Shown here: positions 58,762 to 64,000 of the stretch, piece by piece
How positions within the stretch are numbered: position 1 is the stretch's first letter
Layout of the letters: the number at the start of each line of letters is the position of its first letter
Source: Planctomycetota bacterium
Lineage (GTDB): Bacteria; Planctomycetota; UBA8108; SXIK01
Reading direction: 5' to 3'
DNA length: 64,000 nucleotides
NCBI GenBank assembly: GCA_965223265.1
Contig: OZ244999.1
Location: 5,152,001-5,216,000 of the forward strand
The notes under the pieces: generated by a model
What the model saw: the letters and a program-made list of their open reading frames with translations, nothing else
The model's database searches: none
Told to the model about the DNA's origin: nothing
Made by a program: the position numbers and the translations under genes

Positions 58762-59003
58762 TTCGAACGGATGGAGGAGCCGGATCCAGAGACCGACGAA
58801 CCGGACACCGCTGACGGGAGACGCTTGGGAGAAGAAACCAAGAAGCTGATCGCAAGCGGCACAAACTCGTCCGGTCCACAGGTTAACGGAATGTTCCCTA
58901 ACGTCCCAGCCGCTGACGGCGAAGAAGATTTGCGCGGCAGCTACCACCCATGTAGAGTTATCCAGAAGGTCTCGTACCGACCCCCTCTGAGGAGGAACTT
59001 CCT

Positions 59004-59333
59004 ATGGCACAGACCGTACCTTTCGGCTGGGAGGCAGGCGCCCACTGGCGCGACGACGCCATCACCCGCCTGCAAGACTTCATTGCCCGCAAGAGCGTCC
59101 GTGCGGCCCATCATTGGGGCGCGCTGAGGCGCCGTCTTGAAGCGTCGACTTCGGTAGATCAGCTCAAGGCGGTCGTGCGCGACGTCGTCGCGACTCTGCG
59201 CCGCGACAGAACGGCCGGTGTCGGCGTCGACGCAGAATTCGAAGAGCTGTGCGAGCGTATCCTTGCCTACGGCGAGAGGCGCAGTATTGAGAACTACAGC
59301 GCCTTCCTGTTCACCGTCGACGTTGAGCTATAG
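59004..59333 (+). CDS. Small hypothetical protein (109 aa)
   Basis: Strong GAGGAGG RBS; helical ORF. Confidence 0.65.
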   Translation: MAQTVPFGWEAGAHWRDDAITRLQDFIARKSVRAAHHWGALRRRLEASTSVDQLKAVVRDVVATLRRDRTAGVGVDAEFEELCERILAYGERRSIENYSAFLFTVDVEL

Positions 59334-59481
59334 TCGCGACTTCTCGCGGCGCGGCGGTTTTTTTCGCAGACCAGCCGAGAAGGCTGTCGGGCGGCGCCGC
59401 GGTCATCTCGCTCCTGAGTGAACGTGGCGCGAACACGACGTGGACGTGGCTGTCTGGGGCTCCAGTACCTAGTCGACTGTT

Positions 59482-60237
59482 TCAGTCAACCACCGTCAGG
59501 GTCGCGAAGACGCCAAGGTTCGGCCGATCGTGATTGTGGCAGCTCGCACATCGCTCGCTGCGGTCCGCAGCGAGCTTGAACGGCACGGACGCACTAGAGC
59601 GCTGCCACGTTGCGAACTCCCAACTACCGTCTACATGCCGCAGCACGTCGATCTGGCGGATGAAGTTGTCAGCTGCGGTCTTCGACTCCCGCAGGAAGAC
59701 GGCATCGTCCTCGATCGCTGGAAGCTGCGTTCCACGACTCGGCACCCCAAGGTTCTTCATCGAGACGTAGGTGCGAAAAACCGGCGGGTGCGGCATGGCC
59801 GCAGCCAGATCCTGGGGCACCGCCTCCGGTTCGGCAACCACTGGCCAGGAAACATAGGCCGCAAGGTCTTCATCGAGCCCACGCGAACTGCGCCGCGTCA
59901 TGGGAGAGATCGCGGCGTCGACGTCCGCGGCACTTCCTGTGCTCTCCGGCCGCGTCGAAGGCGTCGCGTCGAGGGTGATGGACGACTCGCCCCCGGCGGT
60001 CGTGGTCCCGACGGCCCCCTGCGCCGCCGCCGCCGGCGTCACGTCGGTTGGCGTGATCGGCACGCTCTCGCCTGCTCCTGCGCCCGCGTCCGCGGGGACA
60101 GCTTCGCCTCGGCTCCCCACGAGATCGGGGTCCACCACTTCGGTCTGGGGAGGCTGCTCGGCAGATTGCTCGTCAGGCGGCGAGCTGCAGGCCATCAAAG
60201 CGCACAGGACCAAAACAGGCGTGCCAATTCTCTTCAT
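59482..60237 (-). CDS. Lipoprotein with C-terminal cytochrome P460-fold heme domain
   Basis: Lipobox LMAC, long Pro/Ala/Thr linker, YVSW..RTYV..DAVFLRE..WEF..CASCH..VF. Confidence 0.65.
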   Translation of the reverse strand: MKRIGTPVLVLCALMACSSPPDEQSAEQPPQTEVVDPDLVGSRGEAVPADAGAGAGESVPITPTDVTPAAAAQGAVGTTTAGGESSITLDATPSTRPESTGSAADVDAAISPMTRRSSRGLDEDLAAYVSWPVVAEPEAVPQDLAAAMPHPPVFRTYVSMKNLGVPSRGTQLPAIEDDAVFLRESKTAADNFIRQIDVLRHVDGSWEFATWQRSSASVPFKLAADRSERCASCHNHDRPNLGVFATLTVVD

Positions 60238-60683
60238 ATCACTTCCTCTCGCTGATCCTCCGCGCAGCCAGCTCGGATACGGATCGCGGACGTGCCCACC
60301 GGCTTCACGCGAGAACACGCACAGACAAAAGAGACGATCCGTTCCACCGACGGGCTCCACGCCACCTGAGTTTTAGGACACTCAGCGACCATTCACGTAC
60401 AGTGTGCTCTGTTCCAACGATAGATTCTGCGGATCACCGCCCCTCGCAGCGATCCACTTACAGAGGAGCGCCGCAAGAGCTTCGATGGAAAATGGTCGCC
60501 TTTAAGTTTCGTGCGTCGATCATCTCACGTGGACATCAGCCGCGGCGCAAGTAAAATCTCCACGACTGGACGGAGCGGTGGCAAGAACCCAACACACGCT
60601 AAGGCCGGGTCGGCCCAAGCAGGGGCGAATGTTGCCGAATGACGATCGACCACCTATGTGCGATGCATTGGGATGTTCATCGA

Positions 60684-61175
60684 ATGAAGGGCTTTCAGAA
60701 GATCGTAATTCTCTTGGTGGTGGCCGCCGGCAGCGTTGGTGGTTACGTCTTTTTCACGCAAGACGGAGTCAACCGCCGCGTCGACGACCATGAGGAGCGC
60801 CTGCAGCAGCAACAAGAGACGCTGACGACACACACGTCGGAGATCGCCGAGACTCGACAGCAGGTCGAGCTCAATCGCCAACGAGTGGAAGCGCTCGAAA
60901 CGAATCTTCGTGAGACGAACTCGCAGCTCAAAGGTGTGGAATCCGAAGTCAAGTCGCAGCAAGCTAAGATCACGGCGCTGGAAGAGGCCGGTGAAGCGAG
61001 CACGCGAGAAGCAGAATCTCTACGCGAGCGTCTCGCGACGCTGCAGGAGACGTACATGGCGCTGCAGCGCCAGCAAGACGAGCTCTCGCGCCAGCTCGAA
61101 GAGCAGAAGGCGGCGACGGAGTCTCGCCTCAACGCGATCGAGGAAAAGCTTCGGCTGACGCCCCCGTCACCCTGA
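60684..61175 (+). CDS. Membrane-anchored coiled-coil protein
   Basis: N-terminal TM followed by continuous Q/E-rich heptads. Confidence 0.75.
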   Translation: MKGFQKIVILLVVAAGSVGGYVFFTQDGVNRRVDDHEERLQQQQETLTTHTSEIAETRQQVELNRQRVEALETNLRETNSQLKGVESEVKSQQAKITALEEAGEASTREAESLRERLATLQETYMALQRQQDELSRQLEEQKAATESRLNAIEEKLRLTPPSP

Positions 61176-61250
61176 CGCCACCACCTCCCCGACGCCACCA
61201 CCTCCCCGACGCCACCACCTCCCCGACGCCACCACCTCTCCGACGCCACC
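61174..61250. repeat. 17-bp tandem repeat x4.5
   Basis: GACGCCACCACCTCCCC at 61174, 61191, 61208, 61225 (one mismatch), partial at 61242. Confidence 0.92.
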
Positions 61251-61271
61251 GTCACAACGCGAGCCGACAAC

Positions 61272-61348
61272 CTCGGAGAATACCGACGTCGTCACTGCGG
61301 CTGATCTGGACGACCAGTTTTCGACTCGAAGCCCTTTTCAACGGGCTG
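61272..61348 (-). mobile_element. Truncated, inverted half-copy of the 9420 MITE
   Basis: GATCTGGAC-GACCAGTTTTCGACTCGAAGCCCTTTTCAACGGGCTG aligns to the reverse complement of about 9420-9500 with a 7-bp gap. Followed by TTAA. Confidence 0.75.
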
Positions 61349-61359
61349 TTAACTCGAGG

Positions 61360-62301
61360 TTAAGCGAAGCCCTCCAGCGCGCTGCGGAGCTGACCGTCGT
61401 GTTCGCGCAGGCGGTGTGACGCGTCGCCTACTGTCAGCCCGCTCTGCGCCATGACGGTCGCGACTTTGACGTTCCAATCACACTCTTTGAGCAGCCTCAG
61501 CGCGGTCTCGTCGTCGACACCGGCGATCGTCCGAACAAGGCGCACGGCTCGCTCCCGCAGCTTGGCGTTGACGGGCGTCAGATCCACCATCAAGTTGTCG
61601 TAGACCTTGCCCCAACGAATCATCGCTGCCGTCGTCATCATGTTCAGCGCCATCTTGGTCGCGGTCCCGGCCTTCAATCGTGACGAGCCGGCGATCACTT
61701 CGGGCCCGACGTCGAGAACCACCGCAAGATCAGGTACCCGCTGCCAGCCCGTCGCCTGCCAGCCTGGGTTACACGTGATCAGAGCCGTCGCGGAGCCAAG
61801 CGTCCTGGCTGCTTCGATCGCACCACGGACAAAGGGCGTGCGTCCGCTGACTGCGATGCCGCAGACGAAGTCACAACTCTCGGCGCCGAAGTCGTGCACG
61901 ACGCGGGCTCCCCGTTCGGGGCTATCCTCGGCTTCTTCAATCGACGAGCGGAGCGCAGCGTCTCCGCCCGCGATTTCCCCGTGGACAAGCCCCGGGTCGA
62001 CCCCGAACGTCGGTGGGCACTCGGAGGCGTCAAGCACCCCAAGTCGACCGCTGGTGCCGGCTCCGACGTAGAGCAGCCTTCCGCTGCGACGAAATGACGC
62101 CACAATACCGTCGACACAACGTGCGATTTCAGCGGTCGCCCTCCCGACGGCCTCCCACGCCTCGCGATCGACGCTGTGCATGAGCTTGCAGATCTCCAGC
62201 GCCGACTTGGAATCGATGCCAGCCGAGAGAGGGTGCCGTGCTTCGGTCGGCGAAGACTTCGCGTCGTCGCCTGCGGCTTGAACGTCGCCCTCAGCGTCCA
62301 C
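61360..62301 (-). CDS. murQ: N-acetylmuramic acid 6-phosphate etherase
   Basis: TE.RHP.S..ID, GRLLYVGAGTSGRLGVLDASECPPTFG, GPEVIAGSSRLKAGTATKMALNM, GKVYDNLMVD. Confidence 0.96.
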   Translation of the reverse strand: MDAEGDVQAAGDDAKSSPTEARHPLSAGIDSKSALEICKLMHSVDREAWEAVGRATAEIARCVDGIVASFRRSGRLLYVGAGTSGRLGVLDASECPPTFGVDPGLVHGEIAGGDAALRSSIEEAEDSPERGARVVHDFGAESCDFVCGIAVSGRTPFVRGAIEAARTLGSATALITCNPGWQATGWQRVPDLAVVLDVGPEVIAGSSRLKAGTATKMALNMMTTAAMIRWGKVYDNLMVDLTPVNAKLRERAVRLVRTIAGVDDETALRLLKECDWNVKVATVMAQSGLTVGDASHRLREHDGQLRSALEGFA

Positions 62302-63499
62302 GGCGGGTTGTCGTCAACTGCAGCTTGCGAGCGATCTCCCCCTTGCGAATCGCAGCACGCTTGCGGATGTCCCGGAATGCGAAGTCCTGGAGTACACGCT
62401 CGTACGCGATCAACGCCTGGTCGTACTTACCGCCGCGATCAAGCTTGTCGGCGGCGTCCATTTCCTTGGTCGCAACGCCACGGTACTTTTCGACAACGGC
62501 GATCAACTGTTTTTTTACCAACTCATCCATGTTGCGTTGCCGCTTCGGCTTTTGCAGCTCAACCACAGCGAGGACGGCCTGTTTTCTCTTGCCGGCAGAA
62601 AAGGTGTAGAGCGACTTTTCCAGAATCGGCTCGATCTTCAAGGCATTGGCTGCATGGATCTTGTTGACCTTCGCAACCCGCGACACCTGCTCACGGAATT
62701 GGCGTGGGCGTGGCAGCTTCTTTTCATACCGCTTCACCGGCAACTCTCGATGGCTGAGTAGCAAGACGGCGGCCTGGTCCGAAACCAGTTGGAGCCTATT
62801 GAGAACTTTCTGCTGCGTCGAAAGTGGATCAAGCTTGGCGCGATCTTCAGGAGCCAGCAGTTTCACACATCCTCGTGAACGAGCCTCAAGAGCCGGTTTT
62901 CTCTCTAATTTCGGCCACGACCCGTTAAGGTCCCCGGGTCGAACGCGGATGAACACGCAGCGTTTCGCGACATACGCTCTGAGCGCTCGACTACTCAGGT
63001 GATCCTCGAGGACTTGAGCAACCGATGTGGAAAGCGCCCCCGGGGAAACCGACGAAGCGGCATCTGCACCCGCTGCTTCATCGCCGTCGCCATCTCCAGA
63101 ATCCTTACTGGTCTGTCGGTCAACACCGTCGGGAGCGAACACCAGCAGCCCGACGCGCTTTTTCAACCGCATCGCCTGTAGTCCGTCGGCGAGGCTGAGC
63201 CAATGAATCTCATTCTCCCCTTTGCTCTTCCCGTTCTTTGCCCCTCGCCGTGCTTTCGAGGCGTCAGCGCGGCGCTGCTTGGCAGCTTCCCGCCTCTTCC
63301 CACCCTCCGTGATCTCCGCGGCCGCGGGAGCCGCACCTCGATCGGTGAAGAGAACGCCTCCGATCCCAATCGCCGCGAAAACAGCAGCCCACCACAGCGA
63401 CCGAGGCGCGGTCATCGCCACCGCCTCCCCCCTGCATTCGATCAACTCACCATCGAGCAGGGCGCCCGGCTCGGTTCGGAACGACTGCGCTGCGACCAT
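62291..63499 (-). CDS. Hypothetical exported protein (degenerate thioredoxin-like fold + C-terminal TPR-like helices)
   Basis: Hydrophobic N-terminal segment, IHWLSLADGL..M...K..GLLVF pattern, TPR-like end. Overlaps the murQ start; start uncertain. Confidence 0.6.
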   Translation of the reverse strand: MVAAQSFRTEPGALLDGELIECRGEAVAMTAPRSLWWAAVFAAIGIGGVLFTDRGAAPAAAEITEGGKRREAAKQRRADASKARRGAKNGKSKGENEIHWLSLADGLQAMRLKKRVGLLVFAPDGVDRQTSKDSGDGDGDEAAGADAASSVSPGALSTSVAQVLEDHLSSRALRAYVAKRCVFIRVRPGDLNGSWPKLERKPALEARSRGCVKLLAPEDRAKLDPLSTQQKVLNRLQLVSDQAAVLLLSHRELPVKRYEKKLPRPRQFREQVSRVAKVNKIHAANALKIEPILEKSLYTFSAGKRKQAVLAVVELQKPKRQRNMDELVKKQLIAVVEKYRGVATKEMDAADKLDRGGKYDQALIAYERVLQDFAFRDIRKRAAIRKGEIARKLQLTTTRRGR

Positions 63500-63531
63500 A
63501 AAAGGTCCTCCAGATCACTCAGGGTTCCTTA

Positions 63532-63537
63532 TATAAT
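63532..63537 (+). promoter_or_regulatory. Putative -10 box upstream of ubiE/menG
   Basis: Perfect TATAAT about 60 bp before ATG 63598 in a divergent intergenic region. No clear -35. Confidence 0.4.
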
Positions 63538-63597
63538 CCGGCCCATGCACCTGATTAGGGGGCCTCAAAGCTCAACCTGCAACTACTCTTTTCTCCG

Positions 63598-64000
63598 ATG
63601 AGGGTACAAAAGGACGGCGAACGCATCCGTCGCATGTTCGCTTCGATCGCCCCGCGCTACGATCTCCTCAATCACGTTCTCAGCCTGAACGTCGATCGCT
63701 CCTGGCGTCGACGTACCGTGCGTGAACTCAACCTCGACGCCTCGGCGCGGGTCCTCGACGTCTGTACCGGCACAGCTGATCTGGCACTCGAGCTCACGCG
63801 TGCCGTCCGCCCAGCCGACGGTGGTCTCGTCGTCGGCAGCGATTTTACTGCCGAAATGGTCAAACTCGGCGCCGAGAAGATCGGTGGCGAAAAGAGAAGG
63901 CGCTCCTGCGGTGATCGCCCGAACCTTTGCGTTGCGGATACGCTGGCGTTGCCGTTTCCCGACGCCGCGTTCGACGCCGTTACCGTCGGCTTCGGCGTCA
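63598..64000 (+). CDS. ubiE: UbiE/MenG quinone C-methyltransferase, partial (runs off the right edge)
   Basis: Hand translation MRVQKDGERIRRMFASIAPRYDLLNHVLSLNVDRSWRR...VLDVCTGTADLA...GSDFTAEM...DTLALPFPDAAFDAVTVGFGV. Confidence 0.92.
   Translation, partial: MRVQKDGERIRRMFASIAPRYDLLNHVLSLNVDRSWRRRTVRELNLDASARVLDVCTGTADLALELTRAVRPADGGLVVGSDFTAEMVKLGAEKIGGEKRRRSCGDRPNLCVADTLALPFPDAAFDAVTVGFGV

Noticed and set aside
58771-59127. 118-aa ORF after tatD
   Set aside because: Overlaps the better-supported 59004 ORF, which has a strong RBS, and shows no recognisable motif.

Overview
High-GC, gene-dense chromosomal window. It is most likely from a Planctomycetota bacterium, inferred from a PSCyt/DUF1549-DUF1553 + DUF1501 pair, a second DUF1501, a sulfatase, an LRR protein and many secreted proteins. 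It holds about 45 CDSs: a sugar-acid catabolic cluster (12.3-18.7 kb), four secreted proteins ending in a Cys-containing dockerin-like domain (including an alkaline phosphatase and a CotH kinase with an upstream sigma54-type promoter), housekeeping genes (nagB, murQ, tatD, HDAC, partial ubiE/menG) and many hypotheticals. The most unusual signal is a small four-helix-bundle (Avd/IVS-like) gene at 24239-24562. It is flanked on both sides by a bipartite hexamer array (GAGRCR block, then CWCGCM block), and gene-less copies of the same array lie at about 12.0 and 17.5 kb, suggesting an undescribed repeat-associated element. Also present: a 178-bp MITE with a second half-copy, two GTAG-type REP doublets, a hypothetical + DUF6036 nucleotidyltransferase TA-like pair, and short tandem repeats. 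No rRNA, tRNA, CRISPR array or transposase was seen. All calls come from reading motifs by eye; no database search was run, and several start codons are best guesses.
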